Assembly: GCF_902459465.1 (NCBI RefSeq)
Contig: NC_047062.1
Span: 17,608,001 to 17,672,000, forward strand
DNA: 64,000 nucleotides
Origin: Asterias rubens
Lineage: Eukaryota
Direction of reading: 5' to 3'
In this document: in pieces, positions 24,672-37,000 of the stretch
Numbering within the stretch: the stretch's first letter is position 1
Layout of the letters: every line of letters begins with the position of its first letter
The notes under the pieces: model-generated
The model's input: only the letters and a program-made list of their open reading frames with translations
Databases searched by the model: none
Told to the model about the DNA's origin: nothing
Translations under genes and position numbers: made by a program

Positions 24672-25468
24672 GGATGGTAGGGGGCGGAGAGGTTAGTGGA
24701 ATTGTGCAGCACTTTAGCTTGCCTTGCTGTGTGTACTGAATGTATGTGTGTTTTGCACACGTTCTGCTGCCTGCCTGTGGTGGTGTTGTTGTTTGCATTT
24801 TCAGAAGGAGGCCCTCTATTGTCAGAAGAGCACCATTCACTAGTTTTTATGCTGTCTGAATGCGCAGTGATGCAGTTTTTGGAATGATGATGGTGGTAAG
24901 CTCTTTTCTGAATATAATTTCTTCTCTGTTAAAATACTGGATCAACTTCAAGAAAAGATAATTATCCAAGTGCTATATAGTCATAGATTGAGTTGTGAAA
25001 CGCATGCCGTACTGCCGAACGAACCTGCACACAATTCGTTTACGTTAGTTACTTACAATTTACATTATTTTTTTATACATACAAAAAATGTAGTTCACTA
25101 CATTTTTACAATACAAAAAAGCAACATTTGTTACAATACATTGTAAATTACAAGTCAAAATTTGAGAAATACAGTCACCAACCCCCCCCCCCCCCAACCA
25201 GATACTGTGTATTGCACAGCCAGTTTATTATTATTCTAATTCTAATTTCTATTGAACGATTGTGTACTATAGGTTAATGTCACAGTGCTTCTCAACCCTC
25301 ATATAATGATAGACTGTCAGGCCAAGGAGAGAAATACTTTTGTTTGTATTTCTTTATGAACCAAACTTTTGTCTTCATTTCAGTTTAACGTGTGCGGTCA
25401 CAACACAACATTCAAGACAGTTTACTCTTCAAGCAACCTCCTGTGATCGGTATCAACCAAGGCCCATC

Positions 25469-27977
25469 ATGAATTGTGGAACAGCATGCTCAGCTTTGCG
25501 ACTGGTGCTGAGTAACGCACCCACAGTGTGTACTTGCTGCCGGTATGCATCAAGTGTGTCAAGAACAAATTTCAGGGCAATCCTCAGCCCTCTACGGGAG
25601 CAAGTCACATACTCGCAATACAGGCAGATGTCGTTATTATATTTTCTCAAGAAGCTACCTCAAAGATTCAAGGAGTTCAAGAAATTTGAGGCTAATGTGT
25701 GAGTGTATTTTTGTTTTGATTAAATAATTCTTTTTTAGGAACAAACAAGGAATACAAACCATAGCCCTAAGTGATTTTAACACGAGAAAAACTGGAGGAG
25801 CCACCAGCTGTGCTCAATGCCATGGAATTTGGGCCACTGTTGATGAGATAAGCTTCTCCATCATGGTCAGTTTCTGTGGGGGTAGTCTGTGCTCAGGTAT
25901 GTATGAGTTGTTTCTGAAAGGGCAAGGGCATCGAGGCAAACACCTTCACATTGCCTCTTTGAAGTATTAGGCTTGCTTGATTCACCATGTAACAAATCCA
26001 ATAAAAGAACGGTGTGACAAGGGATAGTTGCCCAATTTACTTCACTGCTGTGTGTAAACCATGGGAGGGTTTGTGGAAAGTTCAAGTCTGCACATATAAA
26101 GGGGTTAGTTATCCTACATTGTAGATGCAGGATACAATAAACATGTTTATAGTTTCCCTTTTTGGTTTTGAATTTCATCCTAACGCAGCACCAAGAGCGC
26201 TAAGAACGAAGAGAAGTACCCCCCTGATGTAGCTGCGTTTCTCTGGCTGATCGACCTCAATGGTAAAGTGCGCTTCACCAACGGAAAGTGGTACAGCTCA
26301 GAGTCAAAAGGCCTGCTCAAACCGCCCCCTATTGATGAGATAAAGAGATTGAGCATCGATGCGATCGATGCAAAGGAAACACTTGTTGACTATAGAGGCA
26401 TGTTAAAAATTAGTAAGTAGTGATTTAAGGACCGACACTTACTTCTCAAAGGGCAGGGAAGTTATTTCCCAGTAAAACTTCCTTCTCGACGACAAGGAAG
26501 TTTTTTTTCCCAGTAAAACTTTCATAATGGCAAGGAAGTTTTATTCTCAGTAAAAAACTTCCTTCACAAAGAGCAAGGTAGTTTTTTCAGTAAACCGATT
26601 ACTGATTAGCAAATAATTATGGGGGTCCTACATTCCTCAATCCTCCACAATCAGACAATTTCCCAGAAAGGATATGTTCGGATTTTGAATCTTTTTTAGT
26701 TTAAAATAGTCTTGTACCGGTAATTGTCTCAAAACCTACTCTGCTGACATAGTAAAATATATAGCGAGACAAGTTTTCAAAAGAATATGATCTACCTGGC
26801 AAGTAGATATACACGTGGTGTTACGGCACACCAAATACTTTGATATCTCACCATGCAATACCTCAAAACCCATAGGCTAAAAAAAAATCTCTTATTAAGA
26901 AATCGTTAAAAAAGAGAAGATAAATACTGAGAAATCAGACTAGGATAAAACACTGTTGTTATGCAATATTTCTGTCCCCAGATTTAAACACATGCTGTGG
27001 TGGACATGCTATGTAGTTTTATAAATTGTTGATGTTTTTCCCCTATTTTTCTTACAGCTAGATTAAAACAGCTGAAGTTTCTCAGTCTTGAAGGGTGTCC
27101 CTACATTGATGACAGCTGTCTGGCTCGCCTTGTACATATTCAAGACTCACTCACACATCTGAACATCAGCAAGTGTCCACAAATTACCGAGCATGGATTT
27201 CCTAGTTTGACTCGCCTCAGGTACGTTCTCTTTTCAAACGGACATATTCCTGGCACCAGTTTTATCAAAGGTAGGGTCACACTTTGGTAATGACACTGAA
27301 AACATTGTGTAGATTTGTTTTTAAGGCCCTACGGTTCATGAACTCCTCCAAAAACTCAACGCTATTTCATCATTTTATAGTTTACTTCATTTATTAATTC
27401 TGGTTGTGGAGCCAATGACTCTCAGAAAAGCGAACTTAATCACTTTAAGAGCCAAGAACAAGATGGAGAGAAGATAAGGAAGGAAGTTTCAGTCAAGTAG
27501 GGCCAGAAAATCCAATAGACCTTATGCATTGACGTCATCCAGCATGCCATCTTTGAGGTCAAACGGTGACGAAACAATCGAAACGTACATAGATTGGCCA
27601 ATGAACAACCTCCTTTTGACCTCAATGCGGGGGCGCCGTACTGAAATGACGTCATGTGCATAAGGTCTATCCAGGCAGTGCCCTCAATGGGATTCGAACC
27701 AGGGTCCCAGTGGTGGAAGGCAAGGCCAGATACCACCACACCACGCTGACCTCCTATTCTATTTTACTTTAGGAACTTGAAGAGGATCAACATGAGCAGT
27801 CTTCCGAGGGTACCCCATAGCAAGGTGGTGGCCAGTATGTTGGAGGATGTACTTCCAAATCTTAAAGTTAGTGTAATCACTGAGGAGGTAGAGTACCACA
27901 GGAGACAGAGAGACAAATGGGAGCTGCCACCGGTCTCGGAAGAAACATCGCCAAAACAGGAGGAAAAATCAAATTAA
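25469..27977 (+). CDS. DMAC2: Distal membrane-arm assembly complex protein 2-like (ATP5SL/ATP5S family, LRR-like), ~273 aa
   Basis: join(25469-25698,26189-26412,27058-27220,27773-27977) = 822 nt. Motifs GKVRF..GKW, IDAIDA...VDYRG, LKQLKFLSLEGCPYIDDSCLARL, LNISKCPQITEHG, NLKRINMSSLP, MLEDVLPN. Start codon uncertain. Confidence 0.8.
27515..27670. mobile_element. MITE with ATAGACCTTATGCA TIRs
   Basis: ATAGACCTTATGCATTGACGTCAT ... ATGACGTCATGTGCATAAGGTCTAT. Confidence 0.8.
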
Positions 27978-30900
27978 AGACTCTATATCAAAGATTTTAA
28001 AATGATTTATTTTAGGCTGTGCTGAGAAACAGCTCTTAATTATAAAGTACACTGAAAGAAAGGCAGGCCTGGAATTACATGAAGGTCATGACCTTTAGTG
28101 ACACAGGGTTCCATTTCACAAAGAGCTACGACTGATCTCGAGTCCTTATTAGTCTTAGTTGCTAAGCAAAGTGTGATGTTACAATACAAAGACGAATCAG
28201 CCAAAGACGAAAATGCTGTGCTTCTGTGATTGGTTTCTTTAATATCTCGTCTTCTTCTCATTAGGCATTGTGATTAGCACAGATTAACTACAATGAAAAT
28301 AGAAACAAAAATATATGTCACAAGAAATACTCAGTTACAATACAAATCTTTTAAAAGGAATAAATTTAAGAATTGCTTGAAAGAAGATTCTGCTTAGCTT
28401 ATTGATCAGCTAAGCAAGAGTCTTTGCAATAAACATGCACATGATAAAAAGTGATTTAACTGGTAGTCCTTTGTTTGTTAGCTAGGTTCTTCTTGTAGGC
28501 AGGATGAGAATTGCAGGTCTTTTTTAAATTCAAACATTTCGTTGCTCTGCTTGCAAGGTGTCAGGTCCGAAGAGTCTTTGGCGGTTGACTCGAGTTCTGT
28601 AATTCACAGACTGGGGAATCGAATCCTGGCCTGGTCACACATGACACTTAGTCCTTGAGCAAGACACTTTATCACTATTGCTTCCCTCCACACAGGAGTA
28701 CAAATGGATACCAGCGAGTGTATACTGGATCGATGAAATTTACTACCTTTTTACTTGGTAAAACAAAACTTTAACTTGATTTAGTTGGAAACAAAATCAT
28801 GCTTAATGATCTCTTCTCTGGTGCCAAGGGCACTGTCACCAAAAGGCTCCCTGAAATCTACAACTCCTAGGGTTCCAAAAAGGTTGAAATGCCATAACTT
28901 CAACATTTCAACATACCTCCTTTAATTTGAGAAAATGGAATTAGCTGTTGCAAACTGCTTACGGACCAAAAGGACCTATAATATAAATGCAAACAAAGTT
29001 AATGGCCTGATGTTTCGACCCTAACGGAGTCTTTCTCGAAGGCACACAAAAACAAACAAAATGTTGACCCTTGTTTCAGACCTTGTTGTCTGTGATAATT
29101 CTCACCCCGTGTATACTTTGTTGAACTTTGAGAGTGTCCTTATGAATAAAGAGATATCCAAATCTTTTATGTTAAAGTTTCAGCACATTTTTATTTGTCA
29201 CCACAACAAAGAAGCGTGAAAAATTGAAATCAATAATTATTCCTATGCATTCATATCTCTTATAAAAAATATCAGAATGATTTCACATCAATACAATAAA
29301 AAGGGTTCGACAACAGTTCTTTAAAAAATACCTTTTAGTTTTAGCATCAGGTTGAAAGTCACAGGAGGCTGCAAACCAATTTCAGGATTCGCTTGAGTTT
29401 GTTGAGTAATTGTGAGTAATTCACAGCCAAATCTTGACTTGCTTTCATTTCCGTGATCGTGATGTTTTGTCTACCTGATAGCCATGCAGAAATAGCTCCC
29501 TCTATGGATTTGATCTTAGACTTTGAGCCTATGAAAGCCAATTTGCCGATGGAATTTTGCATGGCTGATGCAGATAAATAACTACGATGTCAGACTTGAA
29601 ATGAAGTCTAGACCGAACAATAGACCTGGTCAGAGCTAGATACCCAATTTGCAACAGATTTTGTTGCTGCTTATTTCTAAACAATCATGATACACTGCAT
29701 GATTTGGGCAATGAAGACCGATTGATACTGATTGAATATGGAACTTTGGCCCTGAAGAGAAAATATTTACTTTTCATTATAAAACAAATATGCATGTAAC
29801 ATTTTAAAAACATCTCCAAAAGGTGACTGAAAATAAACACTTTCATTTAAGTCCATATTTTCCAGCAAATGTACAATGCCCCCTGCACTAATGTCATTGC
29901 CATTGTCTGTCGAACGCTTGTCACCTAAAATGACTACAATGTGGGGGACAATGACCCCAAATTGTTGCATCAAAGGTTCTGGTAACGACGACGTTTGGTG
30001 AACTGGGTCAATACATGGAATAATTATTAGTCTATAGCATCAATTTGAAGTCCTAGAGAAAGAAGGGAAACTTTAGCCAATAAAATTGAACAAAAACATG
30101 TACACTGTTAAAAAGTTGTTTTAAAAAAGTCTCTCACCTTCCCACCTTTGGCTATGCCACTAAATTTGAGGTCATGAACACAGTTAGATGAACGCGCCGT
30201 TAATTTTCTGTTGCAGCCCCAAGGAAATGGAACAGTCTTCCTAACGACATCTGACAATCCCCTACAAAACAGACTTTTAAGACATCACTCAAATCTCACC
30301 TGTTTACAATAGCTTACTGTACGGCGCCAAGAAAAATTTTCATTTGAATATGGCGGCATATAAATGTTACGATTAATTGACTGATGAAGTGAGGAGATGT
30401 GTTCATTTTTCATATTTAAACAAAGCTACTTTGAGCAACCAGTTCTATCGGAGTCAATTCAGTTTGCTGGATAAGCTATGCAGACACGGTCCTTGACGTA
30501 CTGATGGATAAAGGAAGTTGGTGGACTGCCAGAACATTACGCTGGACCACGTTATTGTGCCGAAGTTTTTTGAACATTCCAGTGGAACCTTCCGTAGGAA
30601 CGTTCCGTGTGCACGCACTACTTATCCGATCCAATTAGAAAATTCCTACTGTTCAAACTTTTGAGGCACTCCCTATTTTCCCAAGATAAACATGGACAAT
30701 GGGTGTAAGAAACATTGTTTTTCTTGACTTAATTTTTGACTTCATATGTTGAAATTCATTACAAAGGTCAACATATGAAGTCTAACAAAAAATCATTCTG
30801 ACAAAACCGAATAATATACCTTTCACAAAGGCGGTCCTAACTTAGGACCTCATTCCTTATACCCACCCCCCCCCCCACCCTGACAATCACAATTTTCCCA

Positions 30901-31021
30901 AGGAAGTATCTTAACGCTATTTTCAAAAACCAATACATGTATCTGCACTTTTCGTTTATGTACACATAAATAGATCACTAAGTTTGGGTTCCTTGCTGTC
31001 AAACCAACCCAATAGCCGACA

Positions 31022-34000
31022 TCAAAATAGCCGGGCCCCAAAACCGAATGTGCCCATGATGGCTTGCCAGTAGTAGGTTCTCCAGCCGCTTTTCGTTCTT
31101 TCAAAGTCTGCCGACGGGATACCAACTTGAGTGAGGGCTAACTTTGTGCAGTCTGATTCCTGGGATAACACGATTGTGACTGTTGAGTAGTGGGCTGTTG
31201 TAGAAACAGAAAAAAGAAGTATTAATAAAGTTTCTATAACAGCTGAGCGAAATTCTAACAACTTTTTCTGTACTTTCGGAAACTCAAATATACAAATATT
31301 GAGTGGCGCAGAGTGGAATGGGAGGAATATTATCGCAAGGTAAAATTTGGACTGTTCCATAGTCCAAATTTTTAACGAGCGATAATATTCCTTCCCTTCC
31401 ACGAATTAAAGCCACTCAATATTTGTTTTATATAACTGACATAAAGATCCTTGTCATTTGATGTATTTTAAAAAAGTATAACATTATGAAAAATCACACA
31501 AACAACCAAAAATCATATAGCGCCGCGTAGCAGCAACAATGCACAAATTTAATAGCAATCGGATCACAACCTTACTGCTCAAAAACATTGAGAACAAGGA
31601 TGATCCTAACTGTTGAATGGGAAATGCTATTCCCCATGGGCGAATATTTCTTTTTGATCGCCGGTGCGGATGGGAGTAATAGTGAATGTAACGTGAAGTA
31701 AGTTCCACCAATCAAATGACAAGGATCTGTATGTCAGTTATATAATGCAAACTATTGATGTTTTTTTTAACAAGAATAAAATTGTAGACTATCCTTGATA
31801 AAATAAACTCACCATCGGGCCAGGTCTTGAATCTCCAACGTTGAACAATTTTGCATGGCTCCTGAAAAAAATGTATGTTCCCAAATTCAAATACTTAGAA
31901 TTGAAAATGATGCTCCGTGTTGAAATCTTCATAATTTAACTTTTAAACGAACTCTTTGGGTAATCAATAATAAGTGGTTTTGCACTACAAGGTCGCACAA
32001 GAACACCGGAAGGAATACAAAGCGTGCAAAAAAACAACCAGTAGAAACAACACATACTCAAGATTAAACAAACACATGGCATTGCCGCAAAACTTTACCT
32101 GATAATTAACTATTTTTGGGGTTCAACAAAGACAAATTTATTGAACAGCACAGCACATACCAAGACCTGATGGCACATTATAACCACTTGGATTCATCAA
32201 AGGCAGAGCTACTACATGTAGCTACAAACAGACTTGAATGGGGACGGTTATCCAAGTAGGCCATTGGACACCATGTCCTAAGCATGTCCTGACTCTGGAG
32301 CGCCTGTCTGAAACGGGTGTAAGTCAGGATTCATCTATATAGATAGTTGAGTTTTCTAGTTATGGTGGGAACAGGATCATGATAATACAAACTCACCAAC
32401 GAAACAAACTCTCCAGTGACATTGCCATCAAACAAGCTGAACTTGCCCCCTGCCACTGGCTCCAAAATGGCCTGGCTTCTTGTGAATGCTGAAACTCTCT
32501 GTCCAAAGAAAATCACAGTATTAAGAAAGATTATCAACATATAAAGTCGCTTGTCTGACTGTCTGTTTAGAAAGTGCTTTGATGTTAACATATTGTAGCA
32601 TCGACCAGGGGGTAAAAGTTGCTTTAAATGACACAAGAATACAAATACTGCCATTTCTGTCCCTTGTTCTAGAGCTTTCTTTACACTCAAAAAGCCATGA
32701 ATTTTACACAAAGAAGAAGGCCTCAGCCAGAGGAAGATCGGCCTGCAGGGGCGGCCAGTAGTGCTCCAATGGAAGTCGTGCTGGCGTCCCCTACCGGTCG
32801 ATTAGCAGCCGTTACAATGTACTACATAGTTTTGTGACAAATCAGAGGATACAGGTAAAATACAGCAATTGCCCTGAGGAAATATTTTGAGAATTTTAGG
32901 AATTTGTGTTTATTTACCTGTGGGTCTGTGAACGTCATATAAAGCTCCTCTGCAGAACACTTGAACTCTTCATTCAGCTTGAGAGTTGTTGTGTCAATCT
33001 TAACTCCGATCTGGATGTTCTTCAAGTTCTCTTGGTTTACTTGATTCTGGTGCTGAACTTTGGGAGATGCAACCTGGACAACAAAAGGTGAAACAAAAAC
33101 AAGATACAATAACCCAATAGCAATTACGTGCAACTTCACTGCTTGGGGAAGGAAAAGTTATCAGATTATTGCAGTATCTGGAACTCATATATAACTTTCG
33201 CTGTGATTATATTTTGTGTCCCAAGTATTTTCATGATGTAGATGATAAAATATTTTAAAATGATTTACACATTTTTTTGTTTACTTTAACTGAATTGAAG
33301 CTTTTAGATTCTAAAAACAATGACACATCAAATAAGCAAGAAAAGAATGGTAATCGCAAGTGCAGAAATAGACCAACCCAGTAGGCTCCGCCCACAGCGC
33401 ACGTGTGAGCACGACACGTTGGCTCTCCAATGCCTTTCTGCACAACTCTGCCGCGAGCACCAAGATACACGCACGCATGTCGGACCTTCGTTGCATTGTG
33501 ATTGGTCAATACGCAATGGGGCGGAGCTTAGTGGATCGGTCTATTGACAGTATGCAAAACCATCAAGTCAGGCACAGACAAATTGGGTCAATAAATCCTT
33601 TTTTCTTTAAACCAGTTATTTAAAAAGATTGAGAGGTTAGAATTAGGTACCTTTGGTGACACTGATGGAATTGATGTGCCAGATTTGGACTGAACTTCAG
33701 CTGAAGGAAGAATCATTCCTTTACTACACTCTGAAAAATAAACAAAAAATAATAGTAAACTATTAGACTTGTATGTTTAGGGGTGCCAGTCAGAAGCCTA
33801 ATACAGAGGTCCCAGTCCCAGTCGCTCTAGTCAAATTTTGTCTCTGTGTAACCAAAGTTAGTATACTTCTAAACAAAAACTTTTGGGAGAAAGATACAAT
33901 AAGTTTTTTTATGTTTTAAAAGCCAAGACTTTATACAAGATTTTTAACAATAATTTTTGTATTTTAGATAATTTCTTAATCCTAATACAGTACAGCCTTA

Positions 34001-37000
34001 TAAAAAAATAAATGGTTTGAATTAGCATGCTCTTCAAACCTCATGAAAAGAAAACTTTATAGGAGATTATGTTTTATAGCTTTGAACATCCTTTGTAACA
34101 GTTGCAATGTTGCATCATAAACCTCAAGTCACTTCTGTCTATATACAAATATCCGTTTTTAAAGAGAAACTCACTTAAAATACTAAAGCTACTCTTGATT
34201 TAAAAAATAAAACCAAAAAAATTGAAGGCTAAATGTTCTTACCTTCTTTCAGGAAATTAAGGTATTTGCCAATCTGTTCTTGGATGAGCTTTGTCCCTTT
34301 AAGACGCGTTATCTCCTTCAGTATTCTAGACTCCTCCGTGTTCTTCTTCGTTGTGACGATAACCTTGAACGACAATTGAGACATTTCTTAATGATGTGAT
34401 CACTTTGAGAATTTTCAGACTACTACAATTCCTCTACTTTCTCACCACTTTGGGAACATTCAGCTTTCCTTGTATGATTTGTTACACTTCTTCTTTTAGC
34501 AAATCATACGAAAATAGAGGTAGCTGTAGCAGTAACACCATGTGTGTATCTACTTGCCAGGTAGAGTTTGTTCTTTAGAGGAACTGTCTTGCTATATATT
34601 TTACTACCCACTAAAACTACTGTTGCAAACTGCTTAAACAACAACAAATGACCTAAAGAGCATTCTGTATCTACAAGGGGCCAATCACATGCATGTATTA
34701 AAATTACTCTTCAACTTACATCGATCTCGTCCAAGTCATTTTCGTCGCTTATGTTTGGGATTTCCACATTCCCCGTCAGTTCAGTAGTGCAATCCTTTAG
34801 GTTACCTGGCAGACCAACAAAACAAGCCTGAATTAAACCAAAGCATCAGAAATTCTTCTCCTGTCTTTGTTTGATGTTGATCGACTCTGTAATGTAGTAC
34901 AATCGGCTCTTGTTATCAAAGCAGTTATGAAAAGTATACTCTGAAGTAAAGTAGCAAAAAAAAAAAAAGAAAAAAAAAAAAAATCTACTTTTTGTTCCTC
35001 CGTTTAGTTAAAATGATTTAAGCTGGCCAGTCCCAGCCACTTGGTTATAACGAGAGTCGACTGAACTACAAAGCTAAATGAAACTTGGCTTGTCGTGGAT
35101 CAAATTATATTATCAATCTTATTTCCATGTACGTTTTAATGAATTCGGGTCATCTCGTACCCAAGTCAACTCGTACCCAAGTCAACTCGTACCCAAGTCA
35201 ACTTGTACCCGAGTCAACTCGTACCTGAGTCAACTCGTACCCAAGTCAACTCGCACCCAAATAAATGTTTAAAATTTTTTTTACTCTACTCGTACTGATA
35301 AATATTGTAGTTTAATTTATTTATTTATTTATATTGTTAATCATACATTTAGCTATTCATTGCTGCAATGATTTTGTTTTCTTGGTTTTTTTTCATGTTG
35401 CAGTTTTTTTGTTACTTAGGCCCTACGGTGGGGAAAATTAATCAGAGAACTTTTTTTTTAATATAGGCTTGTTAGAATGAATTTTTTGGTTTTTTTTATT
35501 CGGAAAAAGATAATAAGAACTTACGCAAAGTGTTTTGGTTGGAAAAAGTGGAACAGTATATTTGTTAAAATGTACTTGTTATCGGAAAACGATAATCAGA
35601 ACATAACGCAAATGAATGAATTGAATGAATTCTTACCATGAAATTTTCTTTTGGGAACACTTTAACAGGAAAAACACCAAGGTAAACATGAAGGGTTGCG
35701 TTTTATACATAGTATATTTTTTCATTGAAAATAATTGGTCTCATATGAACATGGAGGTCGAAATATTTATACCTCCTTGATAACGAAGAACTAGTGTGCA
35801 TCTAATCTGCTCAACGCCTTTCACGGCGACCCTTCAACACGGGAATTTAAAAGAAACCACAATGGATATCTGAATGAGTATCCTAGCGGAAAAAAGGCAG
35901 AAATGAGATGAACAAACATTATTAAAAACGAAATTCGTGAGATTATTATTAATAAAAGTGAGCTCCATATGATGGTAGAACATCATTTTTATTTCCTATC
36001 GCTTACAAAATCACGTCGCACGGAAATTCTCCGTTTCGGCATACAACGTACGTTGTACGGTACGAGTTGACTTGGGTACGAGTTGACCTGGGTACGAGTT
36101 GACCTAGGTACGAGTTGACTTTGGTACGAGTTGACTTGGGTACAATATTTTGGGTACGAGTTGACTTGGGTACGAGTTGACTTGGGTACGAGTTGACCTG
36201 TTTCGCGTTTTAATATTATTGTGTAATTAAATCAGTTGAGTGAAGTTTTGGTAGTTTGGCTGGTGTTTTTCTTTCAACCCCATTTACATTGAAAACTGCA
36301 ATGATGTCCACTTAATAATATGCCATGTCTGTCATAAGTTACACTTGAACTGTCAAATTTGCAGTAAAATGTGAAGACTGATTGAAACCAATTAAAAACA
36401 CTAATCCTAAAAACTTCAGTTTGGGAGCAGGTATGTACACTGCGGACACGTTCTTTGATTGACAATTATGATGGTGAGATTTATGTCGACAAGAAGAACA
36501 AACAGGTATACCTTTCCATTCCAATTTGATGCTCCATTCATAGAAGAAAATGAGTTTCCCTTTTCTGTTACTGGCAGAGGCCTCTCCATCTATACTGTTT
36601 AATTCCTTGATCAAGCATTCACCTGCAATCAAAACAACAACAACCAACCTTAAAATACCATTTGTTTTTTACCCTTACAACTGATGTGAAGTAGAAATAT
36701 TCCTCCAAAATTCAAACAGATAAAACTCAGCATAATGGATAACGGACAAACCTTTGTCATCTTTTATCTTCAGTCCAACAAGAAGTTCTTCCAGTTTCTT
36801 CTTAGACCAACTAGACACATCTCTCTCGGTCCTGTTGATCAAAGATATATAAATTAGGAATTGAATGACTATTGTGTACCAGGCCGTGTGTACGCAATCC
36901 CTGTTACCTTAGACACAAAATTGATAGGTTAAATAAAGGCAATGAACACTTTTGGTAATTATTTAAAATAATCGTTAGCAAAAAAAACTTACTTGGTACC

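Noticed and set aside
35150-36200. CRISPR-like array
   Set aside because: 16-bp units are directly adjacent with no unique spacers, occur as inverted arms with a TSD, and the context is eukaryotic with no cas genes.
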